A stretch of DNA of 64,000 bases from Phoronis australis (taxonomy: Eukaryota; Animalia; Phoronida), in assembly GCA_002633005.1 (NCBI GenBank), contig NMRA01000383.1, positions 74,951 through 138,950 of the forward strand, given 5' to 3'. Under the pieces are notes generated by a model. That model was not told where the DNA came from, did not search any database, and saw only the letters and a program-made list of their open reading frames with translations. Position 1 is the first letter of the stretch. Each line of letters opens with the position of its first letter. This document shows positions 49,601-62,925 of this stretch, piece by piece. Both the position numbers and the translations under genes were made by a program.

Positions 49601-50643
49601 GTTGAACATCTTTTGAGCAATTATATTTATTTGTATTCATTTTTTACGATACATTTTATTTAACCTTCTTCCCTGAGCCATGATAGAAATAAGACTTTAG
49701 CTATCTCATCCAAGCTGCACCTGTTTTGTTTTTATTGCATTTATTTCTACTTGTACGAGATAAATTAATAAATTGGTTAAATAATAAATGGATTATTACT
49801 TATCACAAATACTAATCAATAATTCCTGTACTTTGTTATGTAATCTTTTTTGAATGTTTGCAAAATTAAAGAGCTAAGAAACAGTATCGTATTTCATCAC
49901 ATGACTGCCTAAAAATGATATAACAGGGTAGGGTTAAAAAACGCTAGGACCTCGCTAGAAAAGCAAGACTTCACGAGATTACGCAAGTTCATGCAGTCAG
50001 CTAGTGAACTTTACCTGGATCTCCAGCATTGGGTCATAAGAGAATCCCCCAGAACACGCCATTATCCATGTTACAACAATGACAGCTGCCAACACTTATT
50101 TCACAGCACCTAAAGCCATCCATTCTCAAGAACTATCATTCATTTTGTACAGGGGACACTGACCACAACAGTTCACATAACATTGAAGTAGTAACTAATA
50201 TAAGTCCTGTTGAAGTCCTGTTACAGCCATGGGATTCCTCAGTCAGCATATAAGCCAATGACATAGTTTCCAGTGCCCTCTATTGGTCAACGTGTGTATC
50301 ACTCTAACCCATGGAAACATTTTGTCCCGCTGACTAAGATCCCACCATTCAATATTCATTTGCATTAACTCAAACATTTCATAAAAGAGTTTTACATGAA
50401 CATCTTCACTTTATGCACTTTCATTTGTTCAACTCAAAGTCTATTTGAAAATTTGCTATCTCATTTGAAGTTTAGATAAAGAATGAAGAGAGGGCTGGAG
50501 ATTCAGAGAACAACCAACAAAATAACATCAACGAGGGAGGTCACCATAGTTTCCAATGTAAATGGCAAATAAAACCATTTCATAGATGGATGGTGGGCTG
50601 ATAACATGTAAAGCAATGACTTGCACATTCATGACATTATAAA

Positions 50644-50806
50644 CAGGGGCAGATCCAAGATTTTGAGTTGGAGGGGAGGGGCCAGGAGCAGAGTATTAGC
50701 CAGGATTTTCCGTCAGACATTCGCACTCCCAAACTGACAAATGGAATCTGGGAGAATTCTATGGGGGGGCCATAGCCCCCTTGGCCCCCTTCTAAATCCG
50801 CCACTG
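50644..50806. mobile_element. Short GC-rich MITE of CAGGGGCGGATCCAGGATTTT type
   Basis: CAGGGGCAGATCCAAGA...TCTAAATCCGCCACTG imperfect TIR. Related ends at 10699-10718 (CAGGGGTGGATCCAGGATTT, next to a gap), ~51227-51260 and ~63305-63335. Confidence 0.55.
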
Positions 50807-51325
50807 GTAAAAGCTGGAGTTTGCAACAGCAAATATCTCAGTTACTAATATTGTATCTGGATTATGATACGCTACAATACATTAGTCTTAAGCTTTTTAT
50901 CAATTTTTAGAGCTATCATTAATGGGTTTTGAAATAAAGAATTAAGAGCTGGTTACACTGACAATACATGTTACGGTCTTTTCCCACCACCCATGAATTC
51001 GAACCACTGAGGTTATCTGCCAAGTTCATTTGTAGCTTTAGTAGTTAACAGGCATTGGAGGTTATCACTAGGTGGCGCTATCAGCCGTAATATGACCTTC
51101 ACCACTGTCACTACAATGACCCCACAGTAGCCATGCCTTGACCCTTCACTGTTAAATCTATCTGCATACTGTGAAGGAAATTTGAGCTGTTAACTTTGAT
51201 TCCAGGCTAAATTTAAGGGTTCCCGCCAGGGACTCATCTAGGATTAGAAAATTGGGGGTCCAAATTCGTGAGACTGACGACTCGTGCAAAGCGCAAATCT
51301 GAGGCGCGCAGCGCTGATGGGGGGG

Positions 51326-52119
51326 NNNNNNNNNNNNNNNNNNNNNNNNNNNNNNNNNNNNNNNNNNNNNNNNNNNNNNNNNNNNNNNNNNNNNNNNNNN
51401 NNNNNNNNNNNNNNNNNNNNNNNNNNNNNNNNNNNNNNNNNNNNNNNNNNNNNNNNNNNNNNNNNNNNNNNNNNNNNNNNNNNNNNNNNNNNNNNNNNNN
51501 NNNNNNNNNNNNNNNNNNNNNNNNNNNNNNNNNNNNNNNNNNNNNNNNNNNNNNNNNNNNNNNNNNNNNNNNNNNNNNNNNNNNNNNNNNNNNNNNNNNN
51601 NNNNNNNNNNNNNNNNNNNNNNNNNNNNNNNNNNNNNNNNNNNNNNNNNNNNNNNNNNNNNNNNNNNNNNNNNNNNNNNNNNNNNNNNNNNNNNNNNNNN
51701 NNNNNNNNNNNNNNNNNNNNNNNNNNNNNNNNNNNNNNNNNNNNNNNNNNNNNNNNNNNNNNNNNNNNNNNNNNNNNNNNNNNNNNNNNNNNNNNNNNNN
51801 NNNNNNNNNNNNNNNNNNNNNNNNNNNNNNNNNNNNNNNNNNNNNNNNNNNNNNNNNNNNNNNNNNNNNNNNNNNNNNNNNNNNNNNNNNNNNNNNNNNN
51901 NNNNNNNNNNNNNNNNNNNNNNNNNNNNNNNNNNNNNNNNNNNNNNNNNNNNNNNNNNNNNNNNNNNNNNNNNNNNNNNNNNNNNNNNNNNNNNNNNNNN
52001 NNNNNNNNNNNNNNNNNNNNNNNNNNNNNNNNNNNNNNNNNNNNNNNNNNNNNNNNNNNNNNNNNNNNNNNNNNNNNNNNNNNNNNNNNNNNNNNNNNNN
52101 NNNNNNNNNNNNNNNNNNN
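51326..52119. other. Assembly gap (others at 10719-10727 and 16441-16635; single N at 28897 and 58398)
   Basis: N runs; each gap abuts a repeat or a GC-rich MITE. Confidence 0.99.
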
Positions 52120-52418
52120 GATATAGCGTTATCCAGGCTCTCAATGATTGATTGATATAGCGTTATCCAGCCTCTCAATGATTGATTGATATAGCATTAT
52201 CCAGCTTCTCAATGATTGATTGATATAGCGTTATCCAGGCTCTCAATGATTGATTGATATAGCGTTATCCAGCCTCTCAATGATTGATTGATATAGCATT
52301 ATCCAGCTTCTCAATGATTGACTGATATAGCGTTATCCAGGCTCTCAATGATTGATTGATATAGCGTTATCCAGCCTCTCAATGATTGATTGATATAGCA
52401 TTATCCAGCTTCTCAATG
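52120..52418. repeat. 34-bp minisatellite with a 3-mer (102-bp) higher-order repeat; runs into the gap
   Basis: GATATAGC(G/A)TTATCCAG(GC/CC/CT)TCTCAATGATTGATT x9, variants in ABCABCABC order. Confidence 0.95.
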
Positions 52419-53743
52419 CTCAATCGAGATCAAAGATATTGCATGAGGTAAAACCAGAAAAAATGAAGGACTATTATATAGAAATCTTCATGAAGTCAAT
52501 GTACTTCCAAAATTTATATTGTGTGCAACGCTAATTAATGAATATAGGAACAATCCAACTCACAAGACTTTTTTGTTGCGAAATCTGTACTGCGTCCTTC
52601 CCAACCACGAATGTGGTATCGGACCACCTCGTTGACAGGATGTTTATCAATTGCTTGAGTTGCATAAGTTGAAACAGGCAGGAGTTTGCATTTAGATTTA
52701 TCTAACTTTGCTGCATCTTCAACCAACTTTGATGACAATCATATGGCAGCAGGTTAGTTTCAAAAAGCAGTAGGTATTTTTACGACAAGTATAAGTTGTA
52801 TACTTAGCTACTTGAATATACAAGATATTTAGAAAACCTGATTCAACATTTGCATCAGCAACTCGCCTTGCACCAAATTTATTGAACATTGGGTCTGTGG
52901 GGTTCAACTTTGAAGGTCATAGGTGACCAGGGTGACTGTCTGGCTCAGGTTAAGTGTCCAATTTCTTGAAATTTCCGATTTAAGTGTCCAACTCTGAGTT
53001 CCCCCCTTCCCCACCCCTAGATTTCCAGGCTTGATAATTTATGAGCCTAAGGCATTAACCTGAATGTTGAGGGTATAAGCAAGTTAGCTCGTCTTCCATG
53101 TTCACTAAAACTGAGAGACACTGTAGATATAGTACTTAGGATAGGGGTGTCTAATTCTGAACATGTTAATGGCACGCTAATGTTATGAGAAACTGCTCTT
53201 TTAGTCTTTGGAGAGTAGAAAGGTAGAACACAGTTGACTTCCTGTACCAGATGAGTAAACCATCAATCTGAGACATTCTGCATCAATAAGCCAATAAAGG
53301 CATGATTCGTCTGATTTAGTATATCAGACCACCATTAGGAATGAGAGTCAACAAGCAAATCTAATTTGCCGTTTTACCACAAAAGATGTGTGTGTGTTTC
53401 CCCAGATTTTCTCCTGCAATCAATAATTAGGACTTGTGCATGTTTGTGTAAAGACAAGATGGATTATGTTGATAGGTGTTCTGTGCTTTCCCATACACAC
53501 CCCTTGATGAGCTGAATCCTTCAAAACTGAATTGAAATGGCGTTTTCAAGACAGCAACAAAACAACATACATCACAATTAGTGAATATCGAAATGTCAAA
53601 AAACGCATTACTCTTATTTGCTAGGATTGCAGGTTTGACAATAAATTTTAGTAATCTTCAGGAACTGGTAAAGTCTTTTATTTTTTATAAAACACACAAA
53701 GACCAAAATAAATGTTTTTCTATTTTCAAGTTTTATACCATAA

Positions 53744-53842
53744 CTCTATGTTCAGATGACATGTGAAGCTCTACGCACAGATGACATGTGAAGCTCAATG
53801 TTCAGATGACATGTGAAGCTCTATGTTCAGATGACATGTGAA
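53744..53842. repeat. 25-bp minisatellite, 4 copies
   Basis: CTCTATGTTCAGATGACATGTGAAG tandem. Confidence 0.9.
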
Positions 53843-54163
53843 AAAGTGGGCATTCACAACAAAGTTAAAGGGCTTTGAAATTATTTCTGTCCCAACTGAT
53901 GAGACATTACATCATCATTACATAATCACGGAGTATTTTGTATTGAGTGAGAAAACAGCAAAGTTCAGGAGGTTCTACAATATTACAAATTATCAGCTGT
54001 TGCAAGACTTCTAATGTGCAGAAATCAAGTTATGGCCACTCTCTCAGCCCACAGTAGTTTTGTGGTTCTCAACACAAACAACTAAAGTGGAATACCCAGT
54101 AATACATTCTCTTTCTTTGCACAGAATGCATCTTCAGTAGTACAAGACAGGAGTGTTACCTAA

Positions 54164-54401
54164 CACACTCACCTAAAGCATACCCACCCCCTCCACATCA
54201 TGTGAACACTCACCTAAAGCATACCCACCCCCCTCCACATCATGTGAACACTCACCTAAAGCATACTCACCCCCCTCCACATCATGTGAACACTCACCTA
54301 AAGCATACCCACCCCCCTCCACATCATGTGAACACTCACCTAAAGCATACCTACCCCCCTCCACATCATGTGAACACTCACCTAAAGCATACCTACCCCC
54401 T
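54164..54401. repeat. ~42-bp minisatellite, ~5.5 copies
   Basis: ACACTCACCTAAAGCATACCCACCCCCCTCCACATCATGTGA tandem. Confidence 0.95.
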
Positions 54402-55241
54402 ACTCATCATGAGAATTGTTTGTTATTACACACACTAACCATCCAGGAATCTGTAATGGCCTGGCTCTAATGTAACAACACTGTTAGTCAACCTACCATA
54501 AGTATGCTGTCTATCCACTATCCAAACAACAGTTGAACTTTTTTATTAAGTGCAAATTACCTCGTTAGTTTACTCAGTTTGACCTGTGATCCCTAGCCCC
54601 ATGTAGCCTTTGTTTAGATTCACAATAACTTTTGACCACAGGATCATCTCCATGGTACACCCCACATTTCCGCAATGTTAGCATTTTTGCAATATGACAA
54701 AATGTCAACACATGTTATTAATCTGCCAACCAAATTATTGTAACAAGCTAGAAATTGTGATCTCCCACAAAACAGCAACACCACAGACTGGAAACTGGCA
54801 GCAAAACAAAGTAAACACTACTGTTTATTGGGAATAGGCGGCAGAATGACTCCTCCTTTTAGCTGTAAATACAGTAATAAGCATGCACCCTCTTAGATGC
54901 AAGTAACAAGTTCTTGTCTGTTCACACAAAAGCTTTTACCTGGATAACCAGTCTTGTGAACTTGCAATGATTGTTGTGTGACCATCACACATCATACAGC
55001 TGGCCAAGATCAACAATTTCATGCGAAAACGTTTGAGTGTTTGAAGCAAAGTCAGGCTTGATTTGACTATCCGCAGGTCACTACTAGGACAGATTGTTTG
55101 GTAAAAATGCCAAGTCTCCACAAAGTTGCAGATCAAAGTTTAACAGGAAGTAAATGGATAGGAGACGAAATTGTTCAGCAAAAAACCAACTGGCATTGCC
55201 TGACTATTACACACGGGGTAGGACCCACACAAGAGCAAAAT

Positions 55242-55615
55242 GACCACCACACTACCTGACAGGACCACCTCAGTACCTGAAAGGACCACCTCAGTACCTG
55301 ACAGGACCACCTCAGTACCTGAAAGGACCACCACAGTACCACAACAGTACTTGTTAGTATCCCTACAATACCTGACAATACCACCACAGTACCCCACAGT
55401 ACCTGACAGTACCACCACAGTACCTGATAGTACCCCGTAGTAACTGAGAGTACCACCACAGTACCCAACAGTACCACAACAGTACCTGACAGAACCACCA
55501 CAGTACCCGACAGTACCACCAGAGAACCCTACAGTACCACCACAGTACCCTACAGTACCACCACAGTACCCAACAGTACCACCACAGTATCCTACAATAC
55601 TACCACAGAACCTGA
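55242..55615. repeat. Degenerate 21-bp minisatellite
   Basis: ACCACCACAGTACC(T/C)GACAG(G/T)-type units; explains ORFs 55140..55760, 55175..55519 and 55240..55440. Confidence 0.9.
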
Positions 55616-56991
55616 TGCCATTTGCCATAATATGCAGATAATCGCATTGTAAAACAGGCAAGTACGGCGTAGTTGCCTGCCCTACTCTAAGGTTTTTCCC
55701 CCGACTTTGGCAATACCATTTGGCGATCTGGGAATTTTGCCAGGTCAAATTCGGTGTCATGGCGTTTTGTTAAGCCTCGATTCCTGAAAGTGGTCATCTG
55801 TCAACAGCATTGAACAACAATCACAATTTCCAAAACAGCACAATATTTCTATCTCTCTCTCTAGTCATTCAAACTTAAGCAGTCCCAGTCAATCAGTGTC
55901 ACATGAAAGAATTTCTTATGAAAACTAATTTTTAGACTGTACTTCAATCATTGTTGGACATATGGTGCCATTATCAAACTGATGAGTTTCATTCTTCAAG
56001 ATGGAAGACTAGGAAATATAGAAGAATTAATTTAAAGACAATAGCCCCGGGCTGTTGGTGGATATTGTAACCCTGGGCTGTTGGTGGGTATTGTAAAAAG
56101 ACCTACTTCCCGAACCATCAAAACACCAGAACTGCATAAAGCTAAGACCTATTAATTATAGACGAGCGTTAATTTTACATAAAATCGATAGCACTATTTA
56201 CTTTAGCTATGCACCACTGTTTGTAGGTGATAGAAACTAATACAGGTACAAGGTCATGGCTCAAGTTCAACTCAATAGTTAATAGACAAACAAATACGTA
56301 GCCATCTTTAGGAACTAAATGTGAATAACTAGGCTTTAACAAAACAAAAATAACAAACAAGAAACCAATTAATTGTTGACAAACTGACACTGTTTACATG
56401 AAGGAACCTTTCTTGAAAAGTGTGTGAAACACCTTTTCTGGGGAAGAATATTTAACAGTTTCAGGAAAATTGGAAAGTAAACTATTAGTTAGAGTATATA
56501 GGACAACGTGTATTTAAGAATGGATGAAGGAATATTCTTGATTTAGTATCACATCTTTAACCTTATGAGTGGTGTCAAATGCAGTATGTAAAAGTGAGGA
56601 CCTACAGATACAAACCAGTAGGTTGTACTGCAAAGTACTCGCAGTACAGTTTGAGTTAGATAATGATTTCTCTTGATTAATTAAGAGTACTATGCAATAT
56701 TCATCACCAACAAGGGTTTAATTAACAGGTATTCGTGTAATTACATAGTGAAATGGCAACTAACTGTGGTATGCAACGGAAAGTCAGTACATTTAGCAAC
56801 CAAATACTAATTGACAATCAATGTATCAGTTACAAACTGTCGCCACAGACAGGCAAATATGATCAATAAACATGAGTGGTGCAGCAATGCAATCATTATC
56901 TGCTGTTGGAAAAGTTAGCAAGCAGCTGTGTAGATAGAGAGGACAGACAGTACCTGGGGAGGGCCTTATCACATGATGATGTCCATCTGTG

Positions 56992-59676
56992 GACAAATTA
57001 ACAGAACAGAAATATAACCAGCATTTATGCATTTAATGACATCACACTGAACAAAGCCTAAAGAGGTCAAATGGTCAAATGTTTCACTACTAGAGTTAGA
57101 CAAAACTTTTCACAGTTGGTGCACACCTATAAAATAAAATGTCATTAATCTGAGCCTCCAGAGGGAACTCCATTGTTTTTTGTCAGAGTGTAGAGGTGGG
57201 AAACCAGGGAAACCACTTTTAGAAAGTTAATACTATGAAAGGAACCTTTTACATGTGTCACCCTTCAAAAGTGCCTTCAATGGCCACTTCAAAACAATGG
57301 ACTGTTGTTACTCTTAACACAACTTCAGACTGTCCCCATGAAAATTGAATAAGAACTTTTTGCATTTAGCAAAACATTAAACCTCTCAAATTCAATTTGA
57401 AAAATGAACCCTTTTGTTGGAAAATTGCAGGAAAAGGCCAAGGTGTAAACACCACATAAGTACTCCCTCAGACCTCAGTATGGTGTTTGGTCAAGAGTAA
57501 TTCTCCATAAAAACAATTATAAATCTCAGCACTTCTAGAGTTTTCAGTCTAGCAACCTCGCTTTAAATGAATCAAAAAAATGCTCAACTGATGTTTAATG
57601 GCACCTATATTTCAAAAACAAGGTTTACGATGTCACAGACTTTTCTGGATTTTCCTTTTTGCTGAGAAAAATGATAAAATTCAAACAAAATTTCAAACCT
57701 ATAGTGTGCTACATAGATGAAGATTTACTGAAAATAATATATCCCGTCTGGTATAAGCCTATGGGCTTGCAATTGGGAGCTACAAAAATGTGTGTGAGTT
57801 ACCGTCCGACTGGGCTTGTATCTGACATTCAAGTATGAAGCCCATAGGCTTGTATCGCACAAAAACATGCGTGTGGGATGAACACATGCTGTTGGGATCT
57901 GTTTTTCAAAGCAGTCCTTGCTTGCCCGACTAGCAGCACCGTGCAAGTCAGAGATGAGGTTGATTTGATATGAACTGAGAGTTAAGATGGTATATACCTG
58001 GGCAGGTGAGCTTGTAAGTGACCAAAAGAGGGGTACAGGCTTATAAGTGATAGTACAACCAAAAGTGGAGGACAGGCTTATACCTAAGCACATAAGTGGA
58101 GTACAGGCTTATACCTAAGCACATAAGTGGAGGACAGGCTTATACCTAAGCACATAAGTGGAGTACAGGCTTATACCTAAGCACATAAGTGGAGGACAGG
58201 CTTATACCTAAGCACATAAGGTGCTGCAGCACCACATCATTTTGACAATTGTTTATAAAGTCGACACTCAAAAAAACAAATGTAAAGTTGTAGAGTAACA
58301 ACACCTGAAGGCTCAGAAAATAGCACAACTAGTTCTGGTTTTCATATCCTTACACTCATTTGAAACACTGAATCACACAGTTGAGAAGAAAACGCCTNGA
58401 CAAATTAACAGAACAGAAATATAACCAGCATTTATGCATTTAATGACATCACACTGAACAAAGCGTAAAGAGGTCAAATGGTCAAATGTTTCACTACTAG
58501 AGTTAGACAAAACTTTTCACAGTTGGTGCACAGGTATAAAATAAAAATGTCATTAATCTGAGCCTCCAGAGGGAACTCCATTGTTTTTTGTCAGAGTGTA
58601 GAGGTGGGAAACCAGGGAAACCGCTTTTAGAAAGTTAATACTATGAAAGGAACCTTTTACACGTCACCCTTCAAAAGCGCCTTCAATGGACACTTCAAAA
58701 CAATGGACTGTTGTTACTCTTAATACAACTTAAGACTGTCCCCATGAAAATTGAATAAGAACTTTTTGCACTTAGCAAAACATTAAAACCTCCCTAATTC
58801 AATTTGAAAAATGAACCCTTTTGTTGGAAAATTGCTGGAAAAGGCCAAGGTGCAAACACCACATAAGTACTCCCCAGACTTCAGTATGGTGTTTGGTCAA
58901 GAGTAATTCTCCAAAAAAACAATCATAAAACTCAGCACTTCTAGAGTTTTCAGTCTAACAACCTCGCTTTAAATGAATCAAAAAATGCCCAATTGATGTT
59001 TCATGGCTCCTATATTTCAAAAACAAGGTTTACGATGTCACAGACTTTTCTGGATTTTCCTTTTTGCTGAGAAAAATGATAAAATACAAACTAAATTTCA
59101 AACCTATTGCGTGTTACATAGATGAAGATTTACTGAAAATAATATATCCCATCTGGTATAAGCCTATGGGCTTGCAACTGGGAGCTACAAAAATGTGTGT
59201 GAGTTACCGTCCGACTGGGCTTGTATCTGACATTCAAGTATGAAGCCCATAGGCTTGTATCGCACAAAAACATGCGTGTGGGATGAACACATGCCGTTGC
59301 GATCTGTTTTTCAAAGCAGCCGTTGCTTGCCCGACTAGCAGCACCATGCAAGTCAGAGATGAGGTTGATTTGATATGAACTGAGAGTTAAGATGGTATAT
59401 ACCTGGGCACGTGAGCTTGTAAGTGACCAAAAGAGGGGTATAGGCTTATAAGTGATAGCACAACCAAAAGTGGAGGACAGGCTTATACCTAAGCACATAA
59501 GGCGCTGCAGCACCACAACATTTTGACAATTGTTTGAAGTCCATACTCAAAAAACAAATGTAAAGTTGTAGAGTAACAACAACTGAAGCCTCAGAAAATA
59601 GCACAACTAGTTCTGGTCGTCATATCCTTACAATCATTTTGAAACACTGAATCACACAGTTGAGAAGAAAACGCCT
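56992..59676. repeat. Tandem near-identical duplication (56992-58397 and 58399-59676) separated by a single N
   Basis: Both copies start GACAAATTAACAGAACAG and end GAAGAAAACGCCT. They differ by scattered substitutions and by 5 versus 1 copies of a 31-bp unit GTGGAG(G/T)ACAGGCTTATACCTAAGCACATAA. Confidence 0.92.
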
Positions 59677-62594
59677 GCCTGCATCACTTTCAACTATTTT
59701 TTTCTTCTTTTTTCAAAAGCTGAACAAATATACCTCAGACTTAAATTGGACTGAAATTATGGAAAACAAAAAATACTGCATGATCAGTTGTCAACAATCT
59801 ACAAAGCCAAACCATGTTGCCCTTATTGGATAATTTCCCTTTCAGTAACCTTCCACCAGAACAAGGGTCGACTCATGACTACCAGAGGTCAGGCCTGAAC
59901 ATCTCACAGTGATCACATTAATACTATTGATTAATAAGAGTTCTACCTGACTAATTAACACGGCTAATCAAGACAGAGTAGTCACATTTAATACATCCTG
60001 CCATGAACTGCTAACAATGGATTACCGTTATTAGCAAGGCTTGATAACATCACTAGGTTTACCGTCAGCGATCATGTTTAGAATGATCAATACCTTGAAC
60101 ACAGCTTACATTGAAATCTGTTTTTTTGAGCTTTTACTAGTAGTGTTTAAAATCAGCAGTAAGTAATCGCCAGATAATGATGACAGAAACAAAATAGAAA
60201 GCAAAAACCTCCAAAAGCTTTAGTTACTGTTTTGAGGTTTCGTTTTTGTAGCGAAAATATGAAAGGACAATCAGTTTTTTCGCAGGACTTCAAATGCCAA
60301 AAGTCGTGAAAAGTTAAGGAATATTCCTGAGTCCCTATTGAGGACAATTTCAGCAACTGGTCATAGATGTCCCATCTACCTTGTGAAAAACGGCATGTGT
60401 TCGTTGTATTAAGAACACCCACAGAGACAAGACAGCGTGACCGCGAGACATTCAAGTGCGATCCCCAACATGCACAAGTTAACTGGTTATTGATTTCCCT
60501 ACCAGAGCTCAAGTAGTGCAACTTGACACAGAAGAACAAAGACAAGACATAAGTCAACCACCATAACCACAGCTTGCTGGTCAATTAATCTCATCTATTT
60601 ATTAATCAAGTAATTACTGTATTTTCGTAGCAAATTTGGTTTGTGTCAAGATTTGTTTTCAAAGGTTTTTAATAAAAAATGAATCAGTCTAGGCTAACTT
60701 AACGTGAAACAAGTCCAAAGTATTTTAACAAAATTCAAAAATGAACACATCAGATTTCAGTAAATGTGGCTTGAAAGTCAGTTGATAAAAATGCACATCA
60801 AAAGCCAATAGCAGGAAATATCAACATTGATTTTCCTCTGGTTTTGGAATTAAGAATCACTATACAAAGTGTGTTTATTTTCAATTAGATCACAGGCAAC
60901 ATTTAAACAGACCCTGTCCTCGACAAGAAACAAAGGAAGTGATTTACATGAGAACCGCAGCTTCTCATTGACACTGTATTGACCAGTTACAGAAAGCACA
61001 TTAACTTATTGACATTTCCAGATAAAACACAGGAACAAATTCAGTGTCCTGTCGGGCGTCTTTTCACTAACAAACCTTGAATAGTGAACACACAACAATG
61101 TAGGAAGCCTACTGTTTACTGATTGTCGTGCTTCTACTGAGAGGCCACTTGAGTAGATGGCCAAGCATGCATTTACAATAACAAATACTACGAGCACACA
61201 AAGCGATGCGTTGAAGTGTACACAGAGAGACATCTTAAAAATCAATATTACAATAAACGAGCAAATTAAACAGTGCAGTGACGGCATTAGTGTTAGTCAT
61301 ATCTAGCAGTCACACATATTTACGCTGAAATCACATATCGCGTACAACAGGGTTAGATGATGATAGCGCATAAACTAACAAAATTAACAGCAAGAAAAAA
61401 TGCCAGAAATACTGCCATGATCAGACTTGGAGCCTAGGTACAGCTAGCGGTGGATCCTAGGTACAGCTAGCATTCAGTATTTTTGATGAAATTCAATCAT
61501 GTGGGATACCCCGAGACTCCGTGGTTAAAGCACTTTGTTTATAACCATTACAGAAGAGGTCCACTGTTCTATATTCCCAAGAGCCTCACCTGTATTTCAC
61601 CCTTACCATAACATGTCATTAACTCTATATATCCACATAAACCTCCACAGGTGGTAAACAATGACACTACCTTAAGGAACCATTCGATTCTGTCAGTACA
61701 CCAAAATTATTTGCTCAAACAAGTTTCATGATTCGAGTTAACTATAAGATTCAAGTTACTTATAAGTATTTCCACAAGTAAATAACACCATTGGTTATAT
61801 CTTTAAGCAATTGGCCGTTTTTGACATTGTTGAAAATATTATTTACCTCACCCCCAGTGAATAAGAACAAAACACCAAAAAATCTCGTCAATTTAGGACA
61901 AGATGTGGCACATAAATCAAATAGTATTTTTTCATGTTTCAATGAAAGGTAAGTAACACTTAAGTTATACTTTTTCAAGGTAGTTACCATAGCTACCATC
62001 GGAAACAATGTGGGCATTACCAACAAGCCTTTGAAGAATGTAAAAGGCAATTTTAGTGATTATTATTAGTGCAAAATTGGTGAGATTTTACGGTATATCC
62101 AATATATTGCAAGCTCAATATAGCAAAGTGGAAAGACTAACAGCTATAGCCATATCAGACTTTTGATCCTGAGTAGTAAAATGCGTCATTGATCATATTT
62201 AATTTGTCTAGGGAGGAGGGATTCGCGGATTACATTTGATTTAATGCTATTAATAGGCCAGTTTCACGACCTACAATTTTACTTAATTGAAGCTGAAAAA
62301 AGATGAATGATGAAGAGCTTGCAATTTCAAAAAGATTCAAGATAACTGAGATGACTTTTTGCAAATGGCGTATTCCGAGACAAAAATACTTGAGTATTCC
62401 TCAAAAATGTTTGCAATTAGCAGCAACACAAAGCGAGGCTCTGTGACACACAAAAAGAACTTGAGAGACCATATAGCAGCAATCTTGAGATATTTTTCAA
62501 TTTCCCAGGATTTGATCACCTGCCAACAATCAGTGTTCCAAGAAATACCACCTTGAATACCACCTGAGGATTTGTACAACCTAACACAAGGAAA

Positions 62595-62925
62595 AGTGGA
62601 GCAAAGGCAAAGTCCAGCCAAGGATCATCTCAGCCAAGGAACAGTTGAGTCAAGAACCATCTTAGCCAAGGAACAGTTGAGATAAGGATCTGCTGAGCCA
62701 AGGAAAAGTCGAGCCAAGGACCATCCGAGCTAAGGAACAGCCGAGTCAAGAACCATCTGAGCCAAGAACAGTCGAGCCAAGGACCACCTGAGTCAAGGAA
62801 CAGTCAAGTCGCAGACCATCTGAGCCAACGAACAGTCGAGTCAAAGACCCTCTGAGCCAAGGCCAGCAGTCAAGCCAAGGAACTGTCAAGTCAAGGAACA
62901 GTCAAGCTAAGGATCAGCTAAGCCA
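62595..62925. repeat. Degenerate tandem repeat of GAGCCAAGGAACAGTC / GAGTCAAGAACCATCT subunits
   Basis: Alternating ~16-bp subunits forming a ~32-bp period. Confidence 0.8.

Noticed and set aside
50960-51010. tRNA/SINE-like B-box (GGTTCGAATTC on the minus strand); also an A-box-like segment near 61515
   Set aside because: No cloverleaf and no paired A/B boxes at the correct spacing.
51158-52178. Long ORFs of 280-328 aa (also 16222-16686)
   Set aside because: Artefacts of N gaps translated as X.
54173-54438. His/Pro-rich and ECSHDVEGG repeat ORFs
   Set aside because: 42-bp minisatellite; open on both strands by periodicity.
55140-55760. 206-aa ORF with GTVGYCG / VVLSGT repeats
   Set aside because: Produced by a 21-bp minisatellite that is open in several frames.
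57725-59516. Two near-identical 122/128-aa ORFs suggesting a duplicated gene
   Set aside because: They lie in the probable allelic duplication, start in or next to a VNTR, and show no recognisable domain.
60373-60480. Possible GSE1 first exon with donor AAG|GTAGAT
   Set aside because: No ATG gives the phase-1 frame needed at 36815, and there is no promoter evidence.
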